Shown: positions 48,191 to 58,949 of the stretch, one piece after another | Position numbering within the stretch: position 1 is the stretch's first letter | How the letters are laid out: every line of letters begins with the position of its first letter | IMG/VR virus record: IMGVR_UViG_3300042861_000484 | Span: 1-60,597 of that record | DNA from: a virus | Taxonomy: Duplodnaviria > Caudoviricetes | DNA: 60,597 bases | Reading direction: 5' to 3' (one strand) | Translations under genes and position numbers: made by a program | Notes under the pieces: generated by a model | The model's input: only the letters and a program-made list of their open reading frames with translations | The model's database searches: none | What the model was told of the DNA's origin: nothing

Positions 48191-51100
48191 TGGCAACTTG
48201 TCCAAATATCAATCTTGACTCTTGGAAGAACCTTGTGGCAACTAGAGGTGAGGATGTAGCCTATTATCTGTGGGATAAGTTTGATGGCAATGTCCCTGAT
48301 AGTGAAAGTAGAGAGTCTATTGTAAAGTCTGGATTGAAGGCAGTGAATGCTCTTCAGTCTGACAAGGCTACTCAGCTTTTCAACACTCTTGCTAAGAACA
48401 AGGTGACAGGTGATACATTCTGGAATAAGATACAACAGGATCTTGGCATTCCAAAGGATCAAGTGGAACTATTAAAGTCTTTTGACACCACCAATCGTGA
48501 GGAGCTGGTTACCAACATGTTAGCTAATTATAGCTTTGCTATTGAGATTAATGTTGCCAAAGACAGTTATAGAGAACCTTCACAAAATTATTTTAGAGAT
48601 CCTGAGACAGGAGAAGAGTTTGGTTTACAGGAAGATTTTGGAGGAAGTGGATATTACTCTAATTTAACAGTTCCAGGAGGAACCAACTATACAGAGAATG
48701 AAATAGCTACACCAGCTATTACACCAAATATAAAAGGACATGCTCAGTTTGCTACAGACCAAGGTATTGGATGGTTTAGAAGTGATGAGGCTAGTTTTAT
48801 TAAACAAGCTATGTCTATTCAAAATAAAGAAAAAGATTTTGAATTTGCAGGAAGTAAATATACTCAGGAATATTCTTTAGCTAAAGGATTCGTACATAAA
48901 AAAGATGGAAATATAATATCAGAAGAAGAATATAGAAAAGCTAAATATGCAACTCCTAAAACCCGTAGAATACTAGAAGTACAATCTGACTTGTTTCAGA
49001 AGGGTAGGGATAGACAAGATTTAGCAGATATAAATAAATTTAAACCTTTAGGTTTAACAAAAGAAGAGGCTATAAAAGCAGGTAAACCTGAAAATGATTT
49101 CCTTCAACTCCTAAACCAAGGATCTAACTGGGTGACATTCTTTGTTAAGTCTATCATCCAGGACTCTGCTAAGAAGGGATATAACAAGGTGCTGTTCCCT
49201 AAAGGAGATACAGCTAGTAAGATTGAGGGACATACTACTTTAGAACAATTTAGGAGACAGAAGGAAAATAGGATAAAGGAACTTGATGAGATTATAGAAA
49301 AGAATAAAAACCTTGAGATTATTGAAGTTGTTGATTCCACAGGAAAGTATTATAGACTTCGTCAGAAAGATACAAAAACGGAAATGGTTGGTTCATATAG
49401 AACCATGGAGAGTGCAGAAACAGCTATTAGTGAAAAAATATTTATCAAAGAAAGAGATCAGCTTAAACAAGAACTTGAAAGAGTAGAGAGAGAAGGATTT
49501 GGTGCTCTCAAGCCTATCTTTAACTTCTATGAAACCACTGTAGCCAATGTTCTGAAGAAGCAGGGATACAGTCCTAAGGTGGTAACAGATGAATATGGTA
49601 ATCAGTGGAATGAGATAAGTATTGTTCCTGAAAGAGAAGCGCAACCTATCCTTTTGCAGAAAAAAGGAACAGCTACTGCAACAGCCTCTCCCAAAGTGCT
49701 AAAAATTGTAAAGCAGTTTATCAAAGACATTGGTGTTGATATTAAAGCTGTTAAGAATATTGTAGTGGATGGACAAAAAATGGATGCTGATGGAGCAGCC
49801 ATGGTTATGCAGAAGCTCATTCAGGTGGTAGAGGGTAAAGAGGCTCAAGCTCTTCCTGAGGAAGCAATGCACTTTGTTGTTGAAATTATCAAGCAAACCA
49901 ATCCCAAGCTCTATCAGCAGCTTCTCAAGGAGATCAATGGTACAAAGACTCTGTCTGAAGTATTTGCTCAATATGGCACTGATCCTAATTACCAAACCAA
50001 GGAAGGTAAGCCTGATGTATTAAAGCTGAAAGAAGAGGCTATTGCCAAGGTGCTTGCACAAACTATTATTAAACAAGCAGAAGGATCTATTGAAACCACT
50101 GAGACCAAGTCTAAGATTCAACAGTGGTGGGATGATATTCTCCAGTGGATCAAGAACCTGTTTGCAAGAAGTGGGTTTGATCAGGTGGCTATGGATATTA
50201 TGGCTGGTAAGTTTGAAGGCACTGCTGAAGACATCAGAGTTGCTGAAGATAGAGTGTTTTTCCAACTTAGCCCTCAGGGTAGGGTGATTAACAAGCTGAA
50301 AGAAATCAGTTCCAAGATTGAGAAAAAAGAGGATGGTTATTATATAGATGGTAAGAAGATTGGTCGAAGAGTGACAGATTTGGTGAATGATTGGTATGAG
50401 AGAAGATTCAGAGATAGAGATCTTACCAAGAGTGATTACCAAAAGGCTGTGGATGATTTAAAAGCTGAGAAGGGTACAGCTGGTCACAAGGATATAGAGT
50501 ATATTCTTAGTATTCTGGTAGATGAGAACGGTAAGCTGAAAGAAACTCCTTCAGACGATAGTGGATATCAGTCTAGACTTGATCGTGACAATAGAGACAT
50601 GTATGAGCTTCTCAAAGCAAACATGATTGAGCGTCTTAATTCCTTTCCCAAGGGCACAGTGTTTCTATCTGAAACTACAGTGTATGATGCTAAGCGTGGG
50701 ATTGCTGGTACTATTGACTTCTTAGCTATTGATCCTGATGGCAACACAAGTGTGCTTGACTGGAAGTTCATGGACATCAATATTGATAAGTATCAAGAGA
50801 TTCCTTGGTATAAGGTGGGTTCTTGGCGTACACAGATGGAGCAATACAAACAAATATTGCAACAGGTGTACGGTATTCAGAATCAGAACTTTAAGCAAAC
50901 CAGAATGATTCCCATTCAGGCTATGTATTCTAAAGGAAATGCCAAAGAAGACATTCTCCCTAAGCTCATGGGTATCAAGATTGGTGATGTGAATGTGAAG
51001 AACATTACAGAAGACTTCTTAATTCCTGTTGGTCTGGAAGCAGAGAAAACAGGAAACCCTGATGTAGATAGAAAGATTGCTGAGCTAAACACTTTGTATA

Positions 51101-54100
51101 AAAAGATATCTGAGAAGAAAGCACTTCCTTCAGAAAGACTTAGTAAGAATGAGCAGCTGAATGAGCTCTTCAAAGCAATCAGACACTTGCAAATGAAAAC
51201 AAATGTTGAGCCTCTGATCCGTCAGGCTAAGATTTTCAACAAGCAGGTGGAAAAAACTGTTGCTGTATTTGCAGAAAAATATGAAGGAAAAGATCCTAAG
51301 TCATTCACAGAGAAGGAGTTAAATGATTATGCTGATGATCTGATGGTTATGGAAGATGCTCTTGAGACATATGCATCGATGTACTCTGATCTTGAAAGTA
51401 TTTTTGAGGGCACTCTTTCGGAGAAAGATGAAAAGCTTCAGCTTGATTTGAGAACAGCTTCTGATACTGCTGGGCGTTTGCGTAGAAAGGTGGGAGATAC
51501 ATTAGGTAAGTTTACAGAAGATATCATTGCTAAAAGTGTTGGTGTAGATAACTTGTTGCTCCCTGAGAAAGTGATTAAAGGAATCACTAGACAGTTCTCT
51601 TCCACTGCCACCTTACAAGTTAAATCAATTGGTGTTCTCTATAGAAAAGCAAATGCTGCATTTGCCAAGGCTGGATTTGAGACATCCAATGAGGTGAATA
51701 AACTTGCAGCTCTTAAGAAAGCTTATGATGCTTGGGCATCTGGCAAGGGGCTTTCAAAGAAACAATACTTCAATATCATCAAGAAGAAAGATAAGAACGA
51801 GCTGATTGATGAGTTCAATCCTGAGTTCTACAAGACTCTCAAAAAGAAGATTGAAGAGAAAGACTTTAACTGGATCAGAGAGAACATTGATGTAGCAGCT
51901 TACAATGAGTTTCTCAGAGAGAAGCAAAAAGAGGAGTTTGAAAGAATTGAGAACAAGGTGAGAATTGGTACAGATGAGGAGATTGCTAAGGAAATATCTA
52001 ACGAGAAAAGAAACATCCAAAATCTGTTTAACACCTCTACAGCAGAATCTCCAGGATGGCTTTTGTATGATTTTGTGAACAAGTTCCCGAAGAGACAAAC
52101 CTGGGAATCTAAGGAGTGGAAAGAACTCAACAAGGCTGAGAACAAACCTGCTAAAGATTTCTATAATTACATTAGAGAAAAGAACGAAGAATACAGACAG
52201 ATTGGATATATCAATGCTCGTCAGGCTAGAGTGTTCCTGCCATTTGTGAGAAAGAACATGATGGAGAGACTTATTACAGGAGGCAGTATAAATGCGGTGG
52301 AGCAAATGATGAGAGACATCTCTATTGATGAGGGAGACATAGGGTTTGGTCAAACTGACCCACAAACAGGTAGACCTATTAGTACTATTCCCAGATACTT
52401 TACAAAAGAGGTGGAAGGAGAAATGAGTACAGATCTCTTCCGTACAATGGGACTGTACAACCAGTTTGCAACTAAGTATAAATACCTATCTGATATTGAA
52501 GATCAGGTGAGAGCTCTTGTTGCTATAGAAAGAAACAAGAAAGCAATCAGAACATCTTTCTTTGGAAAGAGTAAGTATGTAGATGGAAAGCTTGACTATG
52601 TTGATCACAATGATGATAATGCTCAGCTTGTAGAGGACATGATGAATGCTATTGTATACGGTCAGAAGTTTTTGGATAGTGAGAACTTTGACATGGCTCT
52701 TGGTACAATGGGCAAATTAGGAGAAAGATTAAATGAGAAGATTGGTAGAAAGATATTCCCAGAAAACTTAAGTGGTAGACAGCTTAGCTTAAACAAGATT
52801 GTCAATCAACTTAACAACACCTTTCAAATTACCACGCTTGGTTTCAACCCTCTTTCAGCAACCTCTAACTTGTTTGGTGGTAATGCTCAAGCTTTGATCA
52901 ATGCTGGTAAGTATTTCACAAAAGCAGACTATGCTTCTACAGAGGCAATCATTCTGATGAACAAGTTTGGCTTTGCTGACAAGAAGAAGATGATTGCTCT
53001 TGCTCAATATTTCCTTCCATTCACAGATGACTATAACAGAGAGTATATCAATAAGTTATCTCTGAATAAGCTTAGTCAGGAGTCTCTTCAGGACTTCTTG
53101 ATGGTAATGATGAGAAATTCTGACTTGAACGTTCAAACAATGAACTTCTACAGCTTCCTCAAAAACTCTATTGTTCTTGATGGCAAAGTGATTAATGCTA
53201 GAGAATATCTCAGAGAGCAACCCAAATACGCTGATAGATATAAGGGTAGTGCTGCTGAAAGAAAAGCTCTGGAGCAAGAGTTTGAAAAAGATGTAGAAAA
53301 GCTTGTTGAGGAAAAGGGTGTAATCAAGCTTGCTAAACTCGAAGATGGTGTAATTGAAATCCCTGGTGTTGAGAGATCTTCTGAAAGCGTAATTGAGCTT
53401 AGAAGAAAGGTACAACAGCTCAGCAAGGATGCAATGGGTAACCTATCTGAGGATGACCTTAGAAAGATTAACATGACCATATATGGTAAGTCTTTCATGG
53501 TGTTCAAGAACTGGATTCCTCGTCTGGTGGATGTTCGTATTGGTAACCTGAAATACAACTGGGCATCAGATGGTTATGAGTGGGGAAGATCTAGAATGGT
53601 ATTCAGAGTGTTGTCTGAAGACCTGGTTGGAGCAATTGGAAACCTTAGAGGAATCCTTGTAGCTAATGATAGAGGTGTGAACTTCATGAGAGAGCTCTAC
53701 GAGAAAAAGAAATCAGAATATGAAACAGATACAGGTAAAACTCTTGAGATGGATGAGAATGAGTTTCTTGATCTGGTTAGACAGAATACAAAAAGTGCTG
53801 CATTAGACTTATTGTTCTACGCTGCTCTTTGGGCTTTGTATGCAGGAATTAAGGCAAATATGCCAGACGATGATGAAGATGAAGCAACTAAGAACCAGTG
53901 GAGATATGCTCTAAAGGCTGTAGATAAATTAAGAGATGAGATTGGATACTTCTATGATCCTAGCAGTGCGATAAAAGGATTCACAAGAGGACTTTTCCCA
54001 TCACTTAGTCTTCTGGATAATGCCACTAAAACTGTTAAGAACTTCATGTTGGAGAACTACTACATAGCTGTTGGTGACGAGGAACTGGAAGAAAAGAACT

Positions 54101-54228
54101 TTGTAATTAAGTATGCTATGAAATCTGTTCCTTTTACGAACCAGGCATCTAGTTGGTTACCAATGTTTTATCCTGAGCTTGCTAAAGACTTAGGACTTAG
54201 AGTGCAATCTAAATATGGATTCAGATAA
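48190..54228 (+). CDS. large ejected protein with PD-(D/E)xK nuclease and degenerate zincin domains
   Basis: GTAGH...IAGTIDFLAIDPDGNTSVLDWKF; LPEEAMHF; RRILEVQSDLFQ; TAATG-coupled to RNAP gene. Confidence 0.75.
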   Translation: MATCPNINLDSWKNLVATRGEDVAYYLWDKFDGNVPDSESRESIVKSGLKAVNALQSDKATQLFNTLAKNKVTGDTFWNKIQQDLGIPKDQVELLKSFDTTNREELVTNMLANYSFAIEINVAKDSYREPSQNYFRDPETGEEFGLQEDFGGSGYYSNLTVPGGTNYTENEIATPAITPNIKGHAQFATDQGIGWFRSDEASFIKQAMSIQNKEKDFEFAGSKYTQEYSLAKGFVHKKDGNIISEEEYRKAKYATPKTRRILEVQSDLFQKGRDRQDLADINKFKPLGLTKEEAIKAGKPENDFLQLLNQGSNWVTFFVKSIIQDSAKKGYNKVLFPKGDTASKIEGHTTLEQFRRQKENRIKELDEIIEKNKNLEIIEVVDSTGKYYRLRQKDTKTEMVGSYRTMESAETAISEKIFIKERDQLKQELERVEREGFGALKPIFNFYETTVANVLKKQGYSPKVVTDEYGNQWNEISIVPEREAQPILLQKKGTATATASPKVLKIVKQFIKDIGVDIKAVKNIVVDGQKMDADGAAMVMQKLIQVVEGKEAQALPEEAMHFVVEIIKQTNPKLYQQLLKEINGTKTLSEVFAQYGTDPNYQTKEGKPDVLKLKEEAIAKVLAQTIIKQAEGSIETTETKSKIQQWWDDILQWIKNLFARSGFDQVAMDIMAGKFEGTAEDIRVAEDRVFFQLSPQGRVINKLKEISSKIEKKEDGYYIDGKKIGRRVTDLVNDWYERRFRDRDLTKSDYQKAVDDLKAEKGTAGHKDIEYILSILVDENGKLKETPSDDSGYQSRLDRDNRDMYELLKANMIERLNSFPKGTVFLSETTVYDAKRGIAGTIDFLAIDPDGNTSVLDWKFMDINIDKYQEIPWYKVGSWRTQMEQYKQILQQVYGIQNQNFKQTRMIPIQAMYSKGNAKEDILPKLMGIKIGDVNVKNITEDFLIPVGLEAEKTGNPDVDRKIAELNTLYKKISEKKALPSERLSKNEQLNELFKAIRHLQMKTNVEPLIRQAKIFNKQVEKTVAVFAEKYEGKDPKSFTEKELNDYADDLMVMEDALETYASMYSDLESIFEGTLSEKDEKLQLDLRTASDTAGRLRRKVGDTLGKFTEDIIAKSVGVDNLLLPEKVIKGITRQFSSTATLQVKSIGVLYRKANAAFAKAGFETSNEVNKLAALKKAYDAWASGKGLSKKQYFNIIKKKDKNELIDEFNPEFYKTLKKKIEEKDFNWIRENIDVAAYNEFLREKQKEEFERIENKVRIGTDEEIAKEISNEKRNIQNLFNTSTAESPGWLLYDFVNKFPKRQTWESKEWKELNKAENKPAKDFYNYIREKNEEYRQIGYINARQARVFLPFVRKNMMERLITGGSINAVEQMMRDISIDEGDIGFGQTDPQTGRPISTIPRYFTKEVEGEMSTDLFRTMGLYNQFATKYKYLSDIEDQVRALVAIERNKKAIRTSFFGKSKYVDGKLDYVDHNDDNAQLVEDMMNAIVYGQKFLDSENFDMALGTMGKLGERLNEKIGRKIFPENLSGRQLSLNKIVNQLNNTFQITTLGFNPLSATSNLFGGNAQALINAGKYFTKADYASTEAIILMNKFGFADKKKMIALAQYFLPFTDDYNREYINKLSLNKLSQESLQDFLMVMMRNSDLNVQTMNFYSFLKNSIVLDGKVINAREYLREQPKYADRYKGSAAERKALEQEFEKDVEKLVEEKGVIKLAKLEDGVIEIPGVERSSESVIELRRKVQQLSKDAMGNLSEDDLRKINMTIYGKSFMVFKNWIPRLVDVRIGNLKYNWASDGYEWGRSRMVFRVLSEDLVGAIGNLRGILVANDRGVNFMRELYEKKKSEYETDTGKTLEMDENEFLDLVRQNTKSAALDLLFYAALWALYAGIKANMPDDDEDEATKNQWRYALKAVDKLRDEIGYFYDPSSAIKGFTRGLFPSLSLLDNATKTVKNFMLENYYIAVGDEELEEKNFVIKYAMKSVPFTNQASSWLPMFYPELAKDLGLRVQSKYGFR

Positions 54229-54230
54229 TT

Positions 54231-54536
54231 ATGGCAAACGTAACTTACCAAGGAATAGTGTCTACAACAGGAAGTACAAAGATCACTTGTACAGGACTGT
54301 CACTTGTTATACACAGCATTATTATAAACAATGCAAGTTCAAACTATGTGCTTACGTTTAATAGATTTGTTTTTGATCCTATAACGGTATCATTGATTCC
54401 CATCTATGAACTTACACTCGATGCTGGTGATACTATTAGGGATACAGAAGAGTATGTTCTAAATAATAGTGACTACATCCAGCTCATTTCTGATGTTCCT
54501 GGAACAACCTATTCTATTACAGCAACAGCGAGCTAA
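54231..54536 (+). CDS. small beta-rich structural protein
   Basis: 101 aa immediately before tail fibre. Confidence 0.6.
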   Translation: MANVTYQGIVSTTGSTKITCTGLSLVIHSIIINNASSNYVLTFNRFVFDPITVSLIPIYELTLDAGDTIRDTEEYVLNNSDYIQLISDVPGTTYSITATAS

Positions 54537-57500
54537 ATGCTACAGAAGTTAAATAATCAAGGATATACATTCACAGATAATGGAAGAGTGATAGTTGTGG
54601 ATAAGTATGGGGCTGTAAAAAGGCTCACCAACTTATCTCTTACAACTATAGGCACCACTGGTCCTGCTACATTAATTGGGAATGTTCTTAATATTCCTGA
54701 TTATACAGAGACTTATTTTGGAACTGTTACATCTGTAGGGCTAACAATGCCTGCAGCATTTAGTGTTGCAAACAGCCCTATTACAACAGCTGGTACAATA
54801 AATGTCACAGCTGCTGGTCTGGTTAGTCAGTATATTAGAGGGGATGGTACACTTGCTGACTTTCCAGGATCTACAGGTGGTGGATCTTCAGTGGCTTATT
54901 ATCTAAATGGTAGTATTAACCAAGGAACCTTTGGAGGAACCACATACTACCAGATGAGTAGGACATCTATCACAGGAACAGGTACAAACTTCTCTATAGC
55001 AGCAAATGGATACATAGCTAGCTTTATAACAGATGTTGCTGACCCGTCTTTGATTAGTATTCCTTCTGGTAGTTGGAATATTCAGTTTTACATGAATGCT
55101 GACTCAGCTGGAGGGTCTCCTAGTTTCTATGTAGAGCTCTATAAGTATGATGGTGTAAGTTTTACATTGATTTCTTCTGGATCTGCCTCTCCAGAAGCAA
55201 TCACTGGTGGAGCTAGTGTAGACTTATATTACACATCTATATCTGTACCCACAACAGCTCTCACTGTTACAGACAGACTGGCTGTAAGAGTGTACGTAAA
55301 TAATAGTGGTAAAACCATCACATTTCGTACAGAAGGTACCAACCTTGCAGAAATAGTTACAACATTTACAACAGGTCTTACAGCCCTTAACGGACTCACT
55401 GCACAGGTACAATATTTCACAACAGGAACTTCTGGTACAGATTTCACCATTTCATCTGCTCTAGCTACACATACATTCAATCTTCCTGTAGCATCTGCTC
55501 TGAATACAGGAAAGCTTAGCAATACAGACTGGGTAACATTTAATGCGAAGCAGAATGCTATCACATTAACTACAACAGGTAACTCAGGCTCTTCCACTTT
55601 AGTAGGTTCTACATTAAACGTACCTACATACACCTTGTCAGGTCTTGGTGGAGTTTCAGGTTCAGGTACTACTAACTATCTTCCTAAGTGGACAGGTTCT
55701 ACTGCATTGGGGAACTCACAGATATTTGATAATGGAACGAGTGTAGGGATTGGTACTGCGACTCCGAGTGCAAGTTATCCTGTAACATTGTATAACCCAA
55801 CAAGTGCATTTTTAGTTTTTAATAATAATGGCGGTTCTAATACATTTGGTGGGTTTAGATTTCAGATTGCAGGTAATGACAGATACACGTTTGCATACGA
55901 TGGTAATAATGGAAATTTCATTGTAAGTAGATTTAACTCAAGTGGAGTATATCAAGGTAATAATATAACTGCTTTTAACTCTACTGGAAATGTTGTAATA
56001 GCTGGTAGTGGTAGTGCAACAGACGCAGGCTATCGTCTCGATGTGTCGGGAACTTTCCGTTCTACCTTAGATGCCAACATAAACGGATTGACAGTAGGTA
56101 AAGGAGGGGGAAGTGTTGCTAATAATACGGTTGTGGGAAGTGGTGCATTAGTAGCTAATACAACTGGGGATTTCAACGTAGCAATCGGAACAAATGCTAT
56201 GGCTGCGAATGTAACAGGAGGTCAAAATGTATCAGTTGGTAGAGCATCTATGCAATCTGCAACTCCCACTTTAAGTGTAGCCATAGGAACAAATGCAATG
56301 CTTTCTGCTGGTTCAGGTACATTGAATGTAGCAGTAGGTCAAGATGCGTTAAGGACATCAAGTGCATCAAGTAGAACTACCGCAATCGGTTCAAGTTCTG
56401 CATACAATACAAGTGGGAATTTCAATACTGCAATCGGTAACGAGGCTCTATATTCAAATACGAGTGGGGTGAATCAGGTTGCATTGGGTATGCGTTCTTT
56501 ATACTTTGCAACAGGTGGCAACAACATCGGTATCGGATATAATGGTGGTTATGACATCACTACTGGTACATACAACACAATAATCGGAACAGGCTCAGCA
56601 GGTAACGGTATCACCACAGGCTCCTACAACACTATCATAGGTTCACAAATCACAGGTCTTTCCTCTTCCCTCTCCAATACAATCATATTAGCAGATGGAC
56701 AAGGGAATCAGAGGTTATACATAAACAATAGCGGAAACGTAGGTATAGGTACTACTTCCCCAAGTGCAAGACTGCACGTTGTTAATTCAACACAAAATAC
56801 TGCACAAGCACTATTTACTGGTTCATCAAGTCCATTTATTCTAACAGGAACTTGGGCTACATACGGTCAACATTTCTCATCATTAGCAACATTTATTGGT
56901 AATAATGCTTACCCATCAGATGTGGGTAATAATAGTTGGACAAGGATAGGTGCAGCAGGTAGTTTGGTTGGATGGATAAATATAGGTGAGGCAGGAATGT
57001 TTTTTGCTAGTGGTATTAATGCTGCGTCTGGTGGTTCTCGTGGAGATTCTAAAATGGCATTATTCCCAACTGGCAATCTCGGAATCGGAGTAGGAGTCAC
57101 AGACGCAGGCTACAAGTTAGATGTCAACGGAACTACTCGTATAAGCGGAACAGAATTGCGTTTGGATAATGGAACAACGGGAACAATCAACCTTTATTCT
57201 AATACTCCAACAATCAACTTTTTTAGTGGTGGTGGATATACTTTCGGAAGGTCAGGAACTACAATGAATTTGAATAGTGCAGGTTCTATAAATATGCAAA
57301 TTGGTGGTAATGATGCTTATGCTATAAGTTCTGCAAATGGACATATTTGGAGAAGTGCAATAAGTGGCGGTGCTGCATTGGGAAGATTGACAACAGGTGG
57401 GAATTTAATCGTGGGCGGAATAACAGATGCAGGATATCGAGTAGATGTTCAGGGAACTTCGAGATTTACTGGAACTGCATTATTCACTGGCAATATAGGA

Positions 57501-58316
57501 GGCAATTCTTGGAACTTTGATAGTGGTAATGGAAGGTGGGTATTCGGAACATCAACAAACCAGTTGAGTAGATATTTTACACTTATTAACATTTGGTCAA
57601 CTACGGCTGCTACTCTTGCGGTGAGAAACATAGCTTCTCAAACTGCTAATTCTTTGCAAATTGAAAATAGCGGTGGTACAGTACAAAGTGCATTTTTTTC
57701 TGATGGTTCTTTAGGAATTAAAACTAACGTAAATGCTGGATACGCATTAGATGTCAACGGTACTGCGAGAATGAGTGATGTAACAACATTTACTAAATCT
57801 ACAAACTATGGTGAAATAAGGATTACAGGTGGTGCGAGTGATTATATGTCAATTTATGCATCTGGGTTAAGAGCATATACAATCGGATATTCAGGTAGTG
57901 GCTCAAACTTAACATTTATTCAAGGCAGAATATATTTTCATAATCAATCGAATGCTTATTATGCTGGCGTAAACAATGGGGGGACTTGGTTTTTTGGTAC
58001 AGCTTGGGCAAATACAAATACCACAAGAATGGATATTACAGCATTAGGTTCTTATGCTGCTATATTTAGAAATACAAGTGGTACTGAAATTTTTAGCATA
58101 GAAAATAGTGGAACTATTGCAATAGGAACTGCCACACCAAACGCATCTGCTTTGTTGGATGTGTCAAGCACCACAAAAGGATTTCTACCTCCGAGAATGA
58201 CAACAACACAAAAGAATGCCATCACAAGTCCAGCAGCAGGTCTTGTTGTATATGATACAACATTGAACAAACTATGCGTTTATACTACCGCTTGGGAAAC
58301 AATAACAAGTGTATAA
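54537..58316 (+). CDS. tail fibre/receptor-binding protein with YadA-head-like repeats
   Basis: G/T/S/N-rich; NTAIGNEALYSNTSG-type 14-mer repeats; VGIGT motifs; 4x (D/N)AGYxLDVxGT; PRMTTTQKNAITSPAAGLVVYDT end. Confidence 0.85.
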   Translation: MLQKLNNQGYTFTDNGRVIVVDKYGAVKRLTNLSLTTIGTTGPATLIGNVLNIPDYTETYFGTVTSVGLTMPAAFSVANSPITTAGTINVTAAGLVSQYIRGDGTLADFPGSTGGGSSVAYYLNGSINQGTFGGTTYYQMSRTSITGTGTNFSIAANGYIASFITDVADPSLISIPSGSWNIQFYMNADSAGGSPSFYVELYKYDGVSFTLISSGSASPEAITGGASVDLYYTSISVPTTALTVTDRLAVRVYVNNSGKTITFRTEGTNLAEIVTTFTTGLTALNGLTAQVQYFTTGTSGTDFTISSALATHTFNLPVASALNTGKLSNTDWVTFNAKQNAITLTTTGNSGSSTLVGSTLNVPTYTLSGLGGVSGSGTTNYLPKWTGSTALGNSQIFDNGTSVGIGTATPSASYPVTLYNPTSAFLVFNNNGGSNTFGGFRFQIAGNDRYTFAYDGNNGNFIVSRFNSSGVYQGNNITAFNSTGNVVIAGSGSATDAGYRLDVSGTFRSTLDANINGLTVGKGGGSVANNTVVGSGALVANTTGDFNVAIGTNAMAANVTGGQNVSVGRASMQSATPTLSVAIGTNAMLSAGSGTLNVAVGQDALRTSSASSRTTAIGSSSAYNTSGNFNTAIGNEALYSNTSGVNQVALGMRSLYFATGGNNIGIGYNGGYDITTGTYNTIIGTGSAGNGITTGSYNTIIGSQITGLSSSLSNTIILADGQGNQRLYINNSGNVGIGTTSPSARLHVVNSTQNTAQALFTGSSSPFILTGTWATYGQHFSSLATFIGNNAYPSDVGNNSWTRIGAAGSLVGWINIGEAGMFFASGINAASGGSRGDSKMALFPTGNLGIGVGVTDAGYKLDVNGTTRISGTELRLDNGTTGTINLYSNTPTINFFSGGGYTFGRSGTTMNLNSAGSINMQIGGNDAYAISSANGHIWRSAISGGAALGRLTTGGNLIVGGITDAGYRVDVQGTSRFTGTALFTGNIGGNSWNFDSGNGRWVFGTSTNQLSRYFTLINIWSTTAATLAVRNIASQTANSLQIENSGGTVQSAFFSDGSLGIKTNVNAGYALDVNGTARMSDVTTFTKSTNYGEIRITGGASDYMSIYASGLRAYTIGYSGSGSNLTFIQGRIYFHNQSNAYYAGVNNGGTWFFGTAWANTNTTRMDITALGSYAAIFRNTSGTEIFSIENSGTIAIGTATPNASALLDVSSTTKGFLPPRMTTTQKNAITSPAAGLVVYDTTLNKLCVYTTAWETITSV

Positions 58317-58336
58317 TCTCTTAAAATAAAAACAAA

Positions 58337-58621
58337 ATGAAAACAATTGAATCGGTTAATGTATGGGTAAATGGGGAACAAAAAGCTGCAAATCAATTTA
58401 ATTTGCGTATTATTGCAGACGATTTGAGTAGTTCTGCAACGTTCTATTATGAGCTTATTGATCAAACCGTTGATCCTGAGGGAAACATAACGAACACTGT
58501 TCTAACCAATGGTAATTCTTCTCTTAGTGGGGCAGAGTATGATAGTTGGGATGAGAGCAGTGATGTGAATAATGAGGCTTATGTTTTGATTGCAGCTAAA
58601 CTCAATCTTACACTTATTTAA
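58337..58621 (+). CDS. fibre-associated hypothetical protein (possible assembly chaperone)
   Basis: 94 aa acidic ORF following the fibre gene. Confidence 0.65.
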   Translation: MKTIESVNVWVNGEQKAANQFNLRIIADDLSSSATFYYELIDQTVDPEGNITNTVLTNGNSSLSGAEYDSWDESSDVNNEAYVLIAAKLNLTLI

Positions 58622-58645
58622 TAAACAATTAAAAACCAATCAGTT

Positions 58646-58792
58646 ATGACAGAAAAACAAGCAATTGATGTAATCAAACAAGTTATCGACCTAGCTATTC
58701 AGCGTGGAAACTTCCAAAATGCTGAGACAGTAAGTATTGCTCTTCAGGCATACCAAACTCTTGTTGATAAGTTTGGTGAGGAGAAAAAATAA
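58646..58792 (+). CDS. 48-aa helical protein (not in ORF track)
   Basis: MTEKQAIDVIKQVIDLAIQRGNFQNAETVSIALQAYQTLVDKFGEEKK*; preceded by AAAAACCAATCAGTT. Confidence 0.65.
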   Translation: MTEKQAIDVIKQVIDLAIQRGNFQNAETVSIALQAYQTLVDKFGEEKK

Positions 58793-58793
58793 A

Positions 58794-58825
58794 TTTGGAT
58801 AATTCGTTTCATTATCCTATATTTG
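58794..58825 (+). promoter_or_regulatory. Bacteroidota-type promoter with palindromic spacer
   Basis: TTTG + 20 nt + TATATTTG exact; spacer holds GGATAAT-N7-ATTATCC. Confidence 0.75.
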
Positions 58826-58949
58826 CCACCAAACTGTTATCTTAGGGATATCCTATAGATAACTAATTGATTTTCAATTACATAGCACACTTATCCCAGT
58901 TCGGAAGGGAGGGGTGTGCTATTATTTTATAAACACATCCCATGTAACA

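Noticed and set aside
54537-58800. Diversity-generating retroelement targeting the fibre
   Set aside because: No reverse transcriptase and no ~100-nt adenine-variant repeat pair seen in this window
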